In this document: piece after piece, positions 20,001-29,429 of the stretch
Numbering within the stretch: the first letter of the stretch is position 1
How the letters are laid out: each line of letters starts with the position of its first letter
Program-made: the position numbers and the translations under genes
NCBI GenBank assembly: GCA_964562525.1
Contig: CAZLTL010000006.1
Span: 31,187-95,186, forward strand
Source of the DNA: an uncultured bacterium
GTDB lineage: Bacteria > Omnitrophota > Omnitrophia > Omnitrophales > Aquincolibacteriaceae
Length of the DNA stretch: 64,000 nucleotides
Direction: 5' to 3'
Notes under the pieces: generated by a model
Told to the model about the DNA's origin: nothing
Seen by the model: the letters and a program-made list of their open reading frames with translations, nothing else
Database searches by the model: none

Positions 20001-23000
20001 GAATATTACCGTTCTGCTGATCCTCTTCAGGAAGGTTCTCGAATCAAATGGGAAGAGGTGAACGAGACTTCAGAAGTTGAGATTATAGGTCGTGAGGAGG
20101 AAATGGATAGTGAGGGTACCAAGGTCAAGATTGTTTTTAGTGAACAGGGTTTTACGATTGCCAATGCCTCGATCTCGGATGTTTATTATTTTGAGGGTAA
20201 GCCCGGTCCGGAAATTATTGCTTCCGCTCTTCGGGATAGTTATCTTTCAAGTGCGAGCACAGGTTTGCCCATAGCCACCGAGCCAATTTTTATTGCCGGG
20301 GAGGATGCAACTGAAATTTTTAACTTGGTCACTGAGTTTATTAATCAGGGTCCGTATGTTCCTGCTGCAGGCGAAACCGCTCTCTACACAAAGGTGAAAC
20401 AACAAATTAGGTTGATTACCGAAAGAACCGGCGAAAAGTATCGATTCAACCCGATGATTCAAATAAATGCCTTAAGTGATACTTATAGAGCTTTAAACAA
20501 TTTTCTCATGAATCGATTTACTGACCTGGAAGGCTTGGAAAAAGGTGTGGTCATTCTCAAGCGAATTCCTAATCTTGAGAAGCTGATCGAAGTTTTAAGA
20601 CATTTAATATCAGCTTACGAGCTGGCTTTTAATCACCTTGAGAATTCAACTATTGAGATCGAGGTGGATGAAAAAGAAAACCATCGGCGTCATGCCTTGC
20701 AAATGCTGGTTGAGTTAAAAAAGATTGTTAATTCATATGATTCAATTCCTCCTGCCGAACGACCGCGGGCTGAAATCCAAGGAGAAGTTCGAATGGCAAG
20801 GTTGCCCAGCCAAAAAAACTTTTCCGAGTTCATTTCTTACAATGGCGATAAAATTCCACTTTGGGCAATTAAAAGAATTTATCTGCCGGATAATAGGGTT
20901 ATTCAATTTGGTGAGATTTCTCAGGCTAATAACGAGGATGGTGTGTATGATCGGGAGGATCGCACGAGAGACGTTAGGAATGCCTTGTCACCATTTCCAG
21001 AGAGTGCGGAGATCGTTTTTGAGCTGCAAGATGGCGTTTTATTAAAGCGAATTTTGGAAGCGGAAGAGTATGAGACGATAACGGCAGTCTATCCGGTTGA
21101 TTTTGACCCCAAAGAATTTAGCAGGCTTCCGCACGGAATAGATTTACCGGAGCGGCGGTTTATAAATGCAGTTAACGTGAACGGGTTTATTACCACCCTT
21201 TATGAGTTGGAATCTCTTTTGCCTGAGACTGGGTTAGCCGGCAGGACAGTGACTTTTTTCTATTCCGCGAATAACCATCTTCAAGCCTTCAAAATCAGTG
21301 ATGAAGCTAAACCTCAGTCTGAGCAATATGTTTACTCTCAGTTTCGAAATTCAAGCAATGTTCAGCCTATGTCCGCGCCTTTTTCTGCTCAGGAAACTCA
21401 AGAAATTGCAAAAAAGGATTTGGTTGACCTATTTGCGGATCTCTTTAATCGCCGTGCGTTGACCTCCGCGCAGAGGGTGGTTCCGTTGAGCGCGCTTATT
21501 CTTCAATTTTTGGCTGTCTCGCTTAACGCTAAGGCTGTTTCAGATTGGGCTCAGGAAGGCAAAGTTCCGCTGTTTGAAGTTGAGTTGGCGAACGAACAAA
21601 CCATTTCATTCAGCGGGCTTAATCCTGCTTTACATCACGATGATGCCGTGCGGATTGAAAGACTGCTATCTCAGATTGACGGGGGATTGGATGCCGCTTC
21701 TTTTCGAATTGTTTTGGCGCCTGCTGGACCGGCTACCCAGTCGAATCAAGCGGGGCAATTTTTTGATCGACCCGGGCGTGGTTTGGATGAGTTCAATGCC
21801 TGGCATAAGTTATCTGATGTCTTGGAACTGTTTTTTCTGTCAGTGGGCGAAACTGGCAAAGACAAGAAATTGGATGCTGCGTCAAAACAAAAACTTTTAG
21901 ATAAACTCGCCGTGCTTGTTGAGGCGATAGCCATGATTCATCCTTCAGTAACAGGAAGTGAAATTTATCATACTTTATATGCTGTCATGGATGCTTCAAT
22001 GTTTAGGGCTAAAAAACTAGATACAGGCAGCAGAATCAATGTTTTGATTAATTTGGCGCGCCAAATCAGAGCCGCTGCGCCTCAAGATCCTCAACAGAGC
22101 ATTTATGTGCAAGGTGAGTTTGAATCAAAATTAAAGACCCCAAACTTAGATCTAAATGAATTGGCAAAAGAGACTGCCCGCTCCGAAGCCCGTTCGGCAG
22201 ACTCAGGGCAAGCGCGGGAGGCTGAGGCGGTTGCGGGAGATGTGTTTGGCTTTTTTAAATCGCCCGCGGATTATTCTGCAGACCAGATAAATACTTTGGC
22301 AGATGAAATTGATACATTGGCTGATAAACAAGGGCTTGATGTTTTTGTGAATCTCTTGCGATCGATAGCTCGAGACTTAGCTGTCGTTAGTGTTCAGGGG
22401 AGCGAAAATATTTTAAGCAAAGAAGCGACAAGTTTTGCCGTGAAACTTTTTGTTGGACGCATGATGGCAGCAAAGCGGCAGTCGACTTTAATAGATGTAA
22501 AAATCGAGAAGCCAACCATTGCTTTAGCATTAAAATTGAATGATGCCCAAAAAGCTTCTCTGGGAGATAAGTTGTCCAGCGAATTGGCTGAAATTCTGGG
22601 TGCGGTTCAGATTGAGGCCAAAGATTTTAAAGAATTAGGTGCGTTTTTTAAGAGCGTAGGGGTTTTAGTGACAACGATTGATCCCGATCTAGCAAACGCA
22701 GTTGTATTAGAAAGTTTTGGTGCGGATTGGAGTGGTTTACCTGCCGTGGGTGTCTTAGAAGAATCGCAGCAATTTGATTCGGAGTTAGAAGGGATGCGTA
22801 TTTATTTGCAGCTTTTGATCGCGGCTTATTTAGCTCGGAGCTTTCCGGATAAGAAAGTAATTTTGACACCCGAGATTGTTGGCGAGATTAATAAGCTGCT
22901 GTTTCAATCTGATGCAGGGCAAGAAGGAATTGTGCAGATACAAAATGGTCAGTTAGTTGTTAAACGAAGCAGTCTGCTGGCATATATTCAAACCTTATTC

Positions 23001-23033
23001 GCGGCGCAATCTGCCGTTGCAGTCGCCGCGTAA
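12435..23033 (+). CDS. Giant modular protein A (3,532 aa): signal peptide, head module, multi-enzyme cargo, tail module
   Basis: Uninterrupted 10.6-kb ORF. Recognisable in-frame motifs occur along its whole length (see the domain sub-features). Its N- and C-terminal modules are paralogous to the ORFs at 41847 and 45438. Confidence 0.85.
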   Translation: MNRVPRIYKLIAVFTALCLECTSISIPTLHAQTVPQNILSVKKLNPEILKLPEKFGEVVESHAGNGNVIVVQDAHAIPDAQKNIANVIKYMQQEYGVGTVALEGASGDLDPQIFRSFPDKKLLREVMNGYMNSGEIAGGTAAAIFDETTTKYVGVEDWDVYEEGLGLYLSAMDKTAAIEAQLSALREKLNKEKEAIYPRALLEVDHEIEKFYENAAQLTELIKVLGAIQAPKAGSELEAVWKEVSKAHSPATGGERKDIEVRALAAKVEKVLKSPGAVKAFNSRKQEWMTGQISAEAFALNLKEFADQSGLNLEMSSDLLGMVRDQQTLKGLEGTKLFRDLEIYIREVKMQLTQRQQTDVSVSGVNAEMSAIRALDERTNSLRVLTKLSKLELSRQEWTNLSGNLVFEAFAALGLKQEDFLFHLAFYLNAEERDQIFFDNLKASVTGLRPSVIVAGGFHAEGITSRLKEAGMGYALVMPKINHIPENNSYKAQMRGEVSWKDYFEVENGRIHLYKAFVRATRDKLVADRRPEVGGQSDSELRTPDLGLLKAWRDQIIRDLSDMGKVNRAAWYTRFMDEVVDESLKHTDADKLMIKVDNFIRGLRGLEKNNQIDQANIADLLKASMASPAVTSPAVVGTPLSFPVNPASEVTMQEAWASVRESLPVAIINASPADNTQLQEQVTTIQANEPINYSGLSAEFDAAAIKQTALLSNLVRRVSSITDADLEYEWNEMGRLLRLVNGMKGEPDPRDPEAIFGSEERNFKLPVAMRSKIVRSLSERIQFKLAWTHAVNTFLNDAEGVSKLASRAAPALRESNDEGAAVEFEVLSPGQLTDEEFYRTLLGDNGTVSNGLIGSGNLVAAFRLVTQKMAVMIKAGPEGVPGGSRELIKRVHALDGVAKMIRDEITTMQRSEARVNENAPTDQAAREEALATDEKLKRLDVTTFFKEILKSEWKWLLVGFVLLILSTMLYDLVAVTTVAQFFLKSLGVGVGFSWGAILLFNPLTVLTHELGHFLTYRLVGGKSDNTFGFNRHSYFFNADDIYKLPIWKVRIVDMGGLVINTAIFATIGLISYLTLGATPVLIALAGLQLAEFIMASGDYEKFFNARGYQALSLDIAKFQEEIKNYKPEFHADGTRISAEADRPLDEQTQREARVDKTEEALRSGALTVEGKTAVFGPQANKDFAIGVSPEVSFVDLDKADFVTKAETFLFQSLFFAAAFLKIPVGKEQKLNTYKEVFEALQNAKAAVKNAGGLSLYAAQEKLKEAQAEKDEFVAEAQKRGFAEFLLPGGILSRRMEIFVPNENQRERLLKYLTLTFVGQSKESLLSDILKVQQKLGVTFDPAVLEQLLAEFESKRSFMFPGGVFAGKMDAEIQDIFGQFIQVKVLSQTQSVSSPSVGNIQLNLSGALVMGAGQSEVAVDWDQVLQSGELAPAWSEAFTAQLKKALIFKDGKLRVFNLGTGDPTPFSQNQDYTHMAFIVNGKMIVTDPSIRSIRNLERLGFLEKVEAIHLTHVHFDHVGGILDIARRKLKKSESLPKLKLVMPTVVALQLERTLAYNFSTMADDSNYDFSQLALVSELFDYRGPEKINKTIEISQLQESAEFKGVQIELAPTFGHPIPTYGVKLITQEGLKIAYLSDSVMPTPTIKAADGKAIPNPRYSEFVSYYADSDILIAENGVPGVHITPEQLAEAFPEHINNGTLFTVHSSGPQAQKGLIRFMPGMILSPLQSNQRKQDVQQSAATLIENEAIRDFLKLNLELAQELSSMGTKVSFSEGEVLFQQGNPVYDFDHVYISLSGETIVEGPGAKRLPSIGAGRLIGEMALLTKALTQEQYDQIMVAIGKGKDTAALDFFGRVTYDLVIEGQPPYRIVNPSFDLEIEAKELTEDQKSKLKPVFDIAKSGKPIPRSVTVRAGAGATYLAIPKDAFLQFLTRIDASKIDSSRQAFISAIYAQIGINLDSRKKMSELATPTQNETDVVKASADTSVRSEARADVEWFNWRVDKQGNPVSNAGPMSELVTLNVGDSIYFEVPKNKPGLIDYYYQVGMEGENFTFQRYEQSGSVAQPAGKKIEIPRSLQTDKAAKNSDNYLFSFQVNNGKLMVSSGQKYGLLKSKVKKDGAIGDSKPSVRRKKFDDAARSYREALSKTDFPRLRSLSAELDEKMDEILGVATNGLFLIPLGWLEGRIKEMDAGLRRIERHELSGQGKEALGWAMQVLTEQINHFRNSVVAVNLELNLLTQGEKINYDVFSELIESFLQTNSLFALSQELNVRMQSYPETIEFSLKNVDADSKISALKRRIFDYGQATATLTRLEDARIFFENSWKLYDDLVGLIQQMALEIQRRDETEMTIERGAEAAKEQRNQLWRSIDYYEVLGVSRDASLGDIKNAYRSLVRAGNHPDKVAGDSATLKAAEERFKEIGPAYEVLSNEVDRAEYDKIHFARSEARSVDSGQARDSYERYKLLSGTLADLPDPVFVNDGETITLRIPHDEVEGSQPELDLLVVFKKFNGKVFFAHLDSFSDLSMLDEYYRSADPLQEGSRIKWEEVNETSEVEIIGREEEMDSEGTKVKIVFSEQGFTIANASISDVYYFEGKPGPEIIASALRDSYLSSASTGLPIATEPIFIAGEDATEIFNLVTEFINQGPYVPAAGETALYTKVKQQIRLITERTGEKYRFNPMIQINALSDTYRALNNFLMNRFTDLEGLEKGVVILKRIPNLEKLIEVLRHLISAYELAFNHLENSTIEIEVDEKENHRRHALQMLVELKKIVNSYDSIPPAERPRAEIQGEVRMARLPSQKNFSEFISYNGDKIPLWAIKRIYLPDNRVIQFGEISQANNEDGVYDREDRTRDVRNALSPFPESAEIVFELQDGVLLKRILEAEEYETITAVYPVDFDPKEFSRLPHGIDLPERRFINAVNVNGFITTLYELESLLPETGLAGRTVTFFYSANNHLQAFKISDEAKPQSEQYVYSQFRNSSNVQPMSAPFSAQETQEIAKKDLVDLFADLFNRRALTSAQRVVPLSALILQFLAVSLNAKAVSDWAQEGKVPLFEVELANEQTISFSGLNPALHHDDAVRIERLLSQIDGGLDAASFRIVLAPAGPATQSNQAGQFFDRPGRGLDEFNAWHKLSDVLELFFLSVGETGKDKKLDAASKQKLLDKLAVLVEAIAMIHPSVTGSEIYHTLYAVMDASMFRAKKLDTGSRINVLINLARQIRAAAPQDPQQSIYVQGEFESKLKTPNLDLNELAKETARSEARSADSGQAREAEAVAGDVFGFFKSPADYSADQINTLADEIDTLADKQGLDVFVNLLRSIARDLAVVSVQGSENILSKEATSFAVKLFVGRMMAAKRQSTLIDVKIEKPTIALALKLNDAQKASLGDKLSSELAEILGAVQIEAKDFKELGAFFKSVGVLVTTIDPDLANAVVLESFGADWSGLPAVGVLEESQQFDSELEGMRIYLQLLIAAYLARSFPDKKVILTPEIVGEINKLLFQSDAGQEGIVQIQNGQLVVKRSSLLAYIQTLFAAQSAVAVAA
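13179..13199 (+). repeat. In-frame heptamer triplet AGTCCGG CGACCGG AGGCGAG (encodes SPATGGE)
   Basis: Three 7-nt units (21 nt) inside the ORF A head module. Confidence 0.55.
14015..14070 (+). repeat. In-frame heptamer repeat with inverted arm (AGACCGG AGACCGG AGGTCGG ... CCGGACC CCGGACT)
   Basis: Direct reading of the sequence. The arms match as reverse complements at 11 of 14 positions. It encodes [18 protein letters not shown] at the end of the head module. Confidence 0.75.
15291..15755 (+). other. ORF A cargo: M50/S2P-like intramembrane metalloprotease-like module
   Basis: Several hydrophobic helices. HELGH (15456-15470) lies within a predicted TM segment ([18 protein letters not shown]), as in site-2 protease/M50 families. 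A downstream MASGDYEKF may supply the acidic ligand. Confidence 0.55.
16786..17560 (+). other. ORF A cargo: metallo-beta-lactamase-fold hydrolase domain
   Basis: The HxHxDH signature [10 protein letters not shown] is at 16965-16982. Downstream are His/Asp positions (TFGHP, YLSDS, TVHSS). Confidence 0.75.
17650..18230 (+). other. ORF A cargo: cyclic-nucleotide-binding (CAP_ED-like) domain with a large internal insertion
   Basis: [30 protein letters not shown]...[12 protein letters not shown], then about 75 aa, then [26 protein letters not shown]. Confidence 0.65.
19527..19742 (+). other. ORF A cargo: J-domain (DnaJ N-terminal domain)
   Basis: [34 protein letters not shown]...[23 protein letters not shown], with the HPD tripeptide at 19614-19622. 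Confidence 0.85.
22179..23030 (+). other. ORF A tail module (shared with ORFs B and C)
   Basis: It starts at the last RSEAR motif and ends ...[38 protein letters not shown]. Compare B ...EDGIEKAGKNWRITKPSLSRLKDIWQRFQAALQVMQSA* and C ...EQEGVGRYKLTNNSLVLYLETILADIEALLATAQSA*. Confidence 0.6.
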
Positions 23034-23073
23034 TCTTTTCCTTATCAGCACCACAAGTCCCGGGTTGGTTTTG

Positions 23074-23108
23074 GTCGTTGGTCTCTAGTCGTTAGTCTTT
23101 AGTCTGTG
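23074..23108. repeat. Intergenic heptamer tandem array (GTCGTTG GTCTCTA GTCGTTA GTCTTTA GTCTGTG) between ORF A and ftsW
   Basis: Five 7-nt units. The reverse-complement units (TAACGAC, CAACGAC) are the same unit seen in frame at 42670 and 46658. Confidence 0.75.
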
Positions 23109-23122
23109 GTATTATCTGCTCC

Positions 23123-24229
23123 ATGTCACGCGAAGGCCGTCTTCTTTTTTGGGCTTCTTTTATCCTTGTCGGATTTGGTTTGGTCATGGTTTATAGCTCC
23201 AGCGCCGTTGTTGCTGCTGAGCAATACAAACATGCTTCCTATTATCTGACACGCCAGGCTTTATTTGCCGGTTTGGGAGTAATGGCTTTCTTTCTCGTTG
23301 CCTCCATTCCGCTGAGTTTTTATAAAGATCACGCGCGCACAATTATGTTTTGCGCCATCGGACTGACTTTGCTTGTCTTCGTTCCTGGTTTGGGCCGTTC
23401 AGCGGGTGGTGCGCGCCGCTGGATTACTTTGGGCGGATTTAATATTCAGCCCGCTGAGTTTGTAAAGCTGGCTGCTTGTATTTATTTAGCCAACTACTTA
23501 TCCCGAAAAGTAACCGTCGTTCAAAAGGGAACTTTAAGTGTTTATATTCCACCCGCAATTTTGATCGGATTGGTGTGCCTCTTGGTTTTGGTTCAGCCCG
23601 ACTTGGGTTCTTTCGCTTTTCTTGTGATTTTGACCAGTTTGGCATTTTTCGTGACTGGTCTTCCGGTCCGCTTCGTTGCTATTGCTTTGGGTGTTTTGAT
23701 TCCTGCGTTTTATTTCCTGATTGTGCGTGTGCCTTATCGTATGAAGCGCCTCGAAGCCTATCTTAATCCTTGGGATGATCCGCAAGGCAAAGGTTTCCAG
23801 ATTATTCAGTCTTTGCTTTCTTTTGCTTTGGGCGGAACCACCGGTGCGGGGCTTGGGCAGGGAACTCAGAAACTTTATTATCTGCCGTCAGGGCACAATG
23901 ACTTTATCTTTGCTGTAATCGGCGAAGAGTTGGGGCTTTTCGGGACTTGTTTTGTTTTGGCCGCTTTTTTGGTGATTTTTTACGCCGTCGTGAAGATCGC
24001 TTCCCGGCGTCAGCAGATTTTTGAAAAACTTCTCGTTTTGCTTTTAGGCTATTACCTCGTTATTCAAGCGATGATTCATATGATGGTGTGCACCGGTTTA
24101 GTCCCTACAAAAGGCTTGCCGCTTCCTTTCATTAGTTATGGTGGCAGTGCTTTAATTGCGAATATGGTGGCGGTGGGGTTGATTATTGCGTGTGACAGAC
24201 ATACCCGAGTCGAATGGAAACCGCAATAA
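23123..24229 (+). CDS. ftsW: SEDS-family lipid II flippase/peptidoglycan glycosyltransferase
   Basis: Polytopic membrane protein with the FtsW/RodA signature (...GLVPTKGLPLPFISYGGSA). Located in the dcw cluster upstream of murG. Confidence 0.92.
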   Translation: MSREGRLLFWASFILVGFGLVMVYSSSAVVAAEQYKHASYYLTRQALFAGLGVMAFFLVASIPLSFYKDHARTIMFCAIGLTLLVFVPGLGRSAGGARRWITLGGFNIQPAEFVKLAACIYLANYLSRKVTVVQKGTLSVYIPPAILIGLVCLLVLVQPDLGSFAFLVILTSLAFFVTGLPVRFVAIALGVLIPAFYFLIVRVPYRMKRLEAYLNPWDDPQGKGFQIIQSLLSFALGGTTGAGLGQGTQKLYYLPSGHNDFIFAVIGEELGLFGTCFVLAAFLVIFYAVVKIASRRQQIFEKLLVLLLGYYLVIQAMIHMMVCTGLVPTKGLPLPFISYGGSALIANMVAVGLIIACDRHTRVEWKPQ

Positions 24230-24233
24230 CCCG

Positions 24234-25340
24234 ATGAAGACGATTGTTGTTTTTTCTGGTCCGTCGGGGGGGCATTTATTTCCGGCGCAGGCATTTGCGG
24301 AAGTTGCTCATGCGGAATCTGCTGATTTTAAAATTATTTTGGTGACCAGCGTTCGGGCTCGGGGACTTTGCGCAAAATTTCCTGCGGATATTTTTTCTGA
24401 AATTATTTATCTCCCGGAATTCGGCTCGCCGATTGGCTTTTCCTGGGCCGGCTTCAAGGCGCTGCTCAATATTCCCGTTGCGATGGTTCAAAGCTGGATT
24501 TTGCTTTCTCGTTTAAAACCGGATTTGTGCGTTGGCTTTGGCAGTTTCGTTTCGTATTTTGGGATGCTTTTCGCTGCATGGCGGGGAATTCCGACTTTAA
24601 TTCATGAACAAAATCAAATGCCTGGCAAAGCAACGCGCATGCTGCAAGGGTGGGTCAAAACCGTCGCAGTTTCATTTCCTGAAACGCATTTTCGTAAAAA
24701 ACCACACGAAGTGATTGTGACCGGGTTGCCAATTAGGCGTGCAATTCGAGAAAACCGCATTGATTTTGACAAAAAACAAGGGCATCCGTTCACGGTTTTG
24801 GTTTGTGGCGGCTCGCAAGGTTCGGCTTTTTTAAACCGGGCGGTTCTATCCGCATTTTCTGGTTTTTCCGCTGAAGAACGTGCGAAATTTGCCGTTATAC
24901 ATATCACGGGAAATTCGGCTGAAAATTTGGTTCGCGAAACTTACGCGAAGTTAGGGATTTCCGCCGAAGTTTATTCCTTCTTTGAAAAAATGCACGTTTT
25001 GTACAACCGGGCGAATATGGCTGTTTCAAGGGCAGGAGCCAATAGCTCGTTTGAACAGGCTTTGTACGGTATTCCAACGGTGTTCATTCCGTATCCTTTC
25101 GCGGAAGGGCATCAAAATGATAATGCAAAGTACTTTGTTGATCATGGTGCAGCAATCATAGTGCCTCAGGATGAGCAGGCTGGTAAGCAAGTCGGGGCTT
25201 TGATTCAGGCTTGGTCTGAGCGGTCGGCTGAATACCATGAGGCGGTCAAAAAAATGATCTCGGTGAGCTTTGAAAATGGGGACATTCGTCTCTGGAATAT
25301 TGCCAAAAATATGTTAAAACTTAACACATGCAATTCTTAA
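24234..25340 (+). CDS. murG: UDP-GlcNAc:lipid I N-acetylglucosaminyltransferase
   Basis: N-terminal GPSGGHLFPA, a GGSQGS motif and the C-terminal GT28 region. I prefer the ATG at 24234 (MKTIVVFSG...) to the ORF-track start at 24186, which overlaps ftsW. Confidence 0.92.
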   Translation: MKTIVVFSGPSGGHLFPAQAFAEVAHAESADFKIILVTSVRARGLCAKFPADIFSEIIYLPEFGSPIGFSWAGFKALLNIPVAMVQSWILLSRLKPDLCVGFGSFVSYFGMLFAAWRGIPTLIHEQNQMPGKATRMLQGWVKTVAVSFPETHFRKKPHEVIVTGLPIRRAIRENRIDFDKKQGHPFTVLVCGGSQGSAFLNRAVLSAFSGFSAEERAKFAVIHITGNSAENLVRETYAKLGISAEVYSFFEKMHVLYNRANMAVSRAGANSSFEQALYGIPTVFIPYPFAEGHQNDNAKYFVDHGAAIIVPQDEQAGKQVGALIQAWSERSAEYHEAVKKMISVSFENGDIRLWNIAKNMLKLNTCNS

Positions 25341-26740
25341 ATTCGGAATATCAAAATTTGTTCGGAAAAGTCCGCTCAGTTTACCTTGTCGGTATTGGCG
25401 GAGCGGGTATGAGCGGGTTAGCACGCATCTTAAAAACACAGGGTTTTGATGTTTCAGGCTCTGACCGCAAAGCGACTCCCATTCTTGAGCAATTACAGGC
25501 CGAAGGCATTCAGATTCATGTCGGTCAGCAATCTCCTGGATTTACGCAAACAGACTTGGTGATTTATTCGACGGCCATTGCTCCCGACCATATTGAAATG
25601 AAGCAGGCCCGTGAAAAGGGAATTCGCACCTGTCATCGCGCTGAAGCTTTAGCCGCAGTGTTCAACCAAGCTGAAACGTCGATTGCGATTACCGGAACGC
25701 ATGGCAAAACAACCACTTCCGCGATGGTTTCATTTTTACTCGCCAAGCTGGGTAAGTCCCCAACGAGTTTTGTCGGCAGTGAAATGCTGAATTTTGGAAG
25801 CAATGTTTTATCCGGTTCCGCGAATAATTATTTTGTTGCGGAAGTGGATGAAAGCGATCGGACGCATGAGCTTTTTTCTCCGAATTACGCGATTATTACC
25901 AATCTGGAAATGGATCACCACGAGAGTTATGAATCGATGGAAGTGCTTGGCGATTCATTCCGAAAATTTTTAAGCCGTTTTCATTTTCCGGGGCTCGCAG
26001 TGCATTGCGGTGATGACGCTTTTCTGCATCAGGTGGTTAAAAGCTCCGGTAAACCCAGCCTGAGTTACGGCCTTCAGCCGCAAAATGATTTTTCGGCCCG
26101 TAATATTGAGTTTCGCTCTTTCGGATCCGAGTTTGACTGGTATGAGGGAGATTTCTTTCTGACGCGTGTTCGGCTTTCAATACCGGGCGTTCATAATATT
26201 TATAACTCGATGGGTGCGCTGATTGTGTGCCTACAGCTGGGATTTGATCTCGAAGCTTTAAAAGCCGCCATTTTTGAATTCCGCGGAACTCGCCGCCGCC
26301 TCGAAATAAAATATGACTGTGATGCGATGACGGTTGTGGATGATTATGCGCATCACCCGACGGAAATTACGGCTTCATTGCGGGCGCTTCAGTCTTCGGG
26401 CCGGAAAGTTTTGACAGTGTTTCAGCCGCATCGTTATTCGCGTGTTCGGCATCTCTTTAAAGAATTTGCCGGCGCTTTGGGTGAAGCGCAGGAAGTGTAT
26501 CTGACTGATATTTATGCCGCGGGCGAGCAGAATCCTGATAACGTCAGTATTCAAATGATTTACGAAGAAGCGCAGAAACACGGCATTCATCGAATTACGA
26601 TGGTGAAAAAACAAGATTTGGTTCCAACCTTGCTTCGGCGGCGTGTTGCCAACGAAGTGATTGCTTTTTTAGGCGCGGGAGATATTGGAGAAGTAGCGGA
26701 TGAATTTGTCAGCAGTTACCGATCTCAAAATCAGGCGTAA
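25328..26740 (+). CDS. murC: UDP-N-acetylmuramate--L-alanine ligase
   Basis: VGIGGAGMSGLARIL...VSGSD and P-loop GTHGKTTTS. Confidence 0.95.
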   Translation: MQFLNSEYQNLFGKVRSVYLVGIGGAGMSGLARILKTQGFDVSGSDRKATPILEQLQAEGIQIHVGQQSPGFTQTDLVIYSTAIAPDHIEMKQAREKGIRTCHRAEALAAVFNQAETSIAITGTHGKTTTSAMVSFLLAKLGKSPTSFVGSEMLNFGSNVLSGSANNYFVAEVDESDRTHELFSPNYAIITNLEMDHHESYESMEVLGDSFRKFLSRFHFPGLAVHCGDDAFLHQVVKSSGKPSLSYGLQPQNDFSARNIEFRSFGSEFDWYEGDFFLTRVRLSIPGVHNIYNSMGALIVCLQLGFDLEALKAAIFEFRGTRRRLEIKYDCDAMTVVDDYAHHPTEITASLRALQSSGRKVLTVFQPHRYSRVRHLFKEFAGALGEAQEVYLTDIYAAGEQNPDNVSIQMIYEEAQKHGIHRITMVKKQDLVPTLLRRRVANEVIAFLGAGDIGEVADEFVSSYRSQNQA

Positions 26741-27611
26741 TGTCGCTCTTTCCGGTTTTGTAACCATGCAAACCGGGGGACGCGCGAATTATTTCGCGGA
26801 ACCGACCGCGACAGAGGATTTGTCTGCCGTTTTGAGCTGGGCGCAGGAGGAAAAGATTCCTTACTTTATTTTGGGTAAGGGATCTAATGTTGTTTTTGAT
26901 GACGAGGGTTTTGACGGCTTGATTATTTCGATGCTGCGTTTCCGCAGTGAAGACCTCCGGCGCGAAGGTAATGAAGTGATCGCGGGCGCGGGTGTTCATC
27001 TTTACCGCTTGGCGAAGTATTGCTGTAATCAGGGACTTGCCGGGGGCGAGTTTTTTGCGAATATTCCGGGCACGGTGGGCGGAGCGGTTTATATGAACGC
27101 GGGATTTAGCCGTATTGCCGGTAAGAAAAATGAAACCGCTGATGTTTTAAAAGAAGTTCGTCTTCTTGACGCGCACGGTAAGGAAAAGCTGTATAAGCGT
27201 GATGAATTGGTTTTTGAATACCGCAAGTCGAAGCTTCCGCCCAAATCGTTTGTTGTTGAAGCGCGCTTTGGCTTTCAGCCCGGAACTCAGGCGGAAATCA
27301 CCGCTGAGATGCAGGCTAATTTTGATTACCGCAACACCAAACAAGATTTAAAGTTTCCGAGCTCCGGATCCATTTTTAAAAACCCTTCGCCGCCTTCGCC
27401 TTCCGCAGGTTTATTGATTGATCGAAACGGTTTAAAGGGCAAGCGTGTCGGCGGTATGATGGTTTCTGAAAAGCATGGAAATTATTTCATCAATGTGGGA
27501 AAGGGGACATGCCGCGATTTAAAAACCCTCATTGAAGAAGTTCAGACTGTCATTTTTGTTTCTGAAGGAATTCGGCTCGAACCCGAAGTCCGTATTATCG
27601 CTTCCAAGTAA
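26700..27611 (+). CDS. murB: UDP-N-acetylenolpyruvoylglucosamine reductase
   Basis: FAD-binding N-terminus (MQTGGRANYF, GKGSNVVF) and SGSIFKNP in the C-terminal domain. Confidence 0.92.
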   Translation: MNLSAVTDLKIRRNVALSGFVTMQTGGRANYFAEPTATEDLSAVLSWAQEEKIPYFILGKGSNVVFDDEGFDGLIISMLRFRSEDLRREGNEVIAGAGVHLYRLAKYCCNQGLAGGEFFANIPGTVGGAVYMNAGFSRIAGKKNETADVLKEVRLLDAHGKEKLYKRDELVFEYRKSKLPPKSFVVEARFGFQPGTQAEITAEMQANFDYRNTKQDLKFPSSGSIFKNPSPPSPSAGLLIDRNGLKGKRVGGMMVSEKHGNYFINVGKGTCRDLKTLIEEVQTVIFVSEGIRLEPEVRIIASK

Positions 27612-27621
27612 TTTATTTTTT

Positions 27622-28542
27622 GTGAATTTATCCTCTTATAAGATTGGCGTACTCATGGGCGGTTTTTCATCCGAGCGCCCGATTTCGATTAAATCCGGAA
27701 CGGCTGTTCTTGAATCTATGAAACGCAGCGGTCTTCGGGCCGTTGCGATTGATCCCCGCGCAAAAAACTTCGATAAAAAATTAGCCCAGGTGGACGCTGT
27801 TTTTATCGCGCTTCACGGCGAATTCGGTGAAGACGGACAAATCCAGCAAATTCTTGAAAAGAAAAAAATTCCTTACGCGGGCTCGCAGACGGTGGGTATG
27901 CGAATCAGCTTTGATAAGCTCAAAACGAAGCAGATTTTAAAGCGCAAAGGGTTGCCGACACCGCCTTTTTGGATTCTCACCAAGTCGAATTGGAAGCGAA
28001 TTGCTTCAAAAATTCAGGGTTCTTTTTTTATTAAACCTCTTACGGAAGGTTCCAGTGTCGGAGTTGAACTGATTGAAAGTTTTGAAAAAAATGCCGATAT
28101 TATCCGGAAGTCGGTAGCGCGCTATGGAAAAATTCTGGCGGAAGCGAAGGTCACGGGGCGGGAAGTGACAGCGGGAATTTTGGGCAGTAAAAAGCTTCCC
28201 GTTGTTGAGATTCGGACATCCCGGGCTTTTTATGATTACACGGCTAAGTACACTCCCGGGCACACAGAATATGTGACGGAACATGGGCTTCCGGAGAAAC
28301 AGGTTAAACGCATTCAGAATACCGCGCTGAAAGTCTTTAAAGCTTTGAAGATGCGGGATTTTGGCCGCGTCGATATGATGTTGGATGAGCAGGGGCGGCC
28401 TTTTGTTTTGGAAGCGAACAGCATTCCGGGCTTAACCGCCATGAGCTTGCTGCCGAAAGCCGCTCAAAAGGCGGGCATTTCGTTTGATGAACTTATTTTG
28501 ACAATTATTGGCATGGCCGCGAAACGGCTTAAGAAAAAATAA
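27622..28542 (+). CDS. ddl: D-alanine--D-alanine ligase
   Basis: IGVLMGGFSSERPISIKSG, an ATP-grasp core and EANSIPGLT. A GTG at 27622 avoids overlap with murB. The ORF-track start at 27532 lies inside murB. Confidence 0.92.
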   Translation: MNLSSYKIGVLMGGFSSERPISIKSGTAVLESMKRSGLRAVAIDPRAKNFDKKLAQVDAVFIALHGEFGEDGQIQQILEKKKIPYAGSQTVGMRISFDKLKTKQILKRKGLPTPPFWILTKSNWKRIASKIQGSFFIKPLTEGSSVGVELIESFEKNADIIRKSVARYGKILAEAKVTGREVTAGILGSKKLPVVEIRTSRAFYDYTAKYTPGHTEYVTEHGLPEKQVKRIQNTALKVFKALKMRDFGRVDMMLDEQGRPFVLEANSIPGLTAMSLLPKAAQKAGISFDELILTIIGMAAKRLKKK

Positions 28543-28586
28543 ATACGAGGAGCTCCGACTGCGGTTTGCGGGAGTGGGATTGAAAA

Positions 28587-29429
28587 ATGGCTAAACGAAA
28601 AAACAATGTTTCAACTCGAAAAAAGTTTAAATGGGGTTCGCTTTATGACTGGGTGCCCAGCGCGCTTGTGCAATCCTTCGCATGGGTTGTCTTAATTTTG
28701 TTTTTGGCGGGCTCAGGGATGGGCGTTCGCGAAATGCTTTATGCTGACCCTGCTTTGCAATTGCGCCAAATCAAGGTTTATCCTCCTGACGCGATGTCGA
28801 TGGCGAAATTGGAATCTTTGCAGAAGAAATACTTCGGTCAAAACACGGCTGAAATTGATTTAAAAGCCATATCGAAAGATTTGGAAACCGACCATCAAAT
28901 ACTCAAAGCGGAAGTCCGCCGCGATTTACCCAATCAGCTTGAAATTCATGTTGAGCGCCGCGTACCTTTTGCCTCGGTTCATTTCGGTCGCAACGGTAAA
29001 TGGGCCCTGGTTTCGCGCGACGCGGTTGTGATTGATTTGATCCAACAGCCGTCCGAAGGGTTGTACGTAGTTGAAGATGATTTGCTGGCGAGCCAAAAAC
29101 CTAAAGTGGGATTGAGATTGTCGCGCGACATTTTAGATTTAGTCCGCACGACGGACGCATTTAAGAAACATCCCGCGGTGCAGAATGAGAAGATCAATTC
29201 AATTCAAATGCTGCCGAATGACGCGGCCATTTTGAACCTGAGTGATCTGTATTTAAAAGTCAGCTTGAATGATCCGGATCCGTCGGAAGCTTTCAGTAAA
29301 TTTCAATATTTACTTGAAACGGAGAGCCGTGCCGTGATCGAATATGTCGATTTGAGATTTAACCGCGTTATTTTAAAGCGCAAAGCAGAAAAAAAAGAAG
29401 ATGAACCCCGGCGAAATAAGAAAAGGTAA
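28587..29429 (+). CDS. ftsQ: Cell division protein FtsQ/DivIB (TM plus POTRA)
   Basis: Basic N-terminus, one TM (FAWVVLILFLAGSG), a POTRA-like segment (LRQIKVYPP...EIHVERRVPFA). Positioned between ddl and ftsA. Confidence 0.8.
   Translation: MAKRKNNVSTRKKFKWGSLYDWVPSALVQSFAWVVLILFLAGSGMGVREMLYADPALQLRQIKVYPPDAMSMAKLESLQKKYFGQNTAEIDLKAISKDLETDHQILKAEVRRDLPNQLEIHVERRVPFASVHFGRNGKWALVSRDAVVIDLIQQPSEGLYVVEDDLLASQKPKVGLRLSRDILDLVRTTDAFKKHPAVQNEKINSIQMLPNDAAILNLSDLYLKVSLNDPDPSEAFSKFQYLLETESRAVIEYVDLRFNRVILKRKAEKKEDEPRRNKKR

Noticed and set aside
26943-26960. RSEDLR in MurB as an additional instance of the RSExR motif outside the giant genes.
   Set aside because: The spacing is different (RSE-x-x-R). 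It lies inside a conserved housekeeping fold, so it is treated as a chance resemblance.
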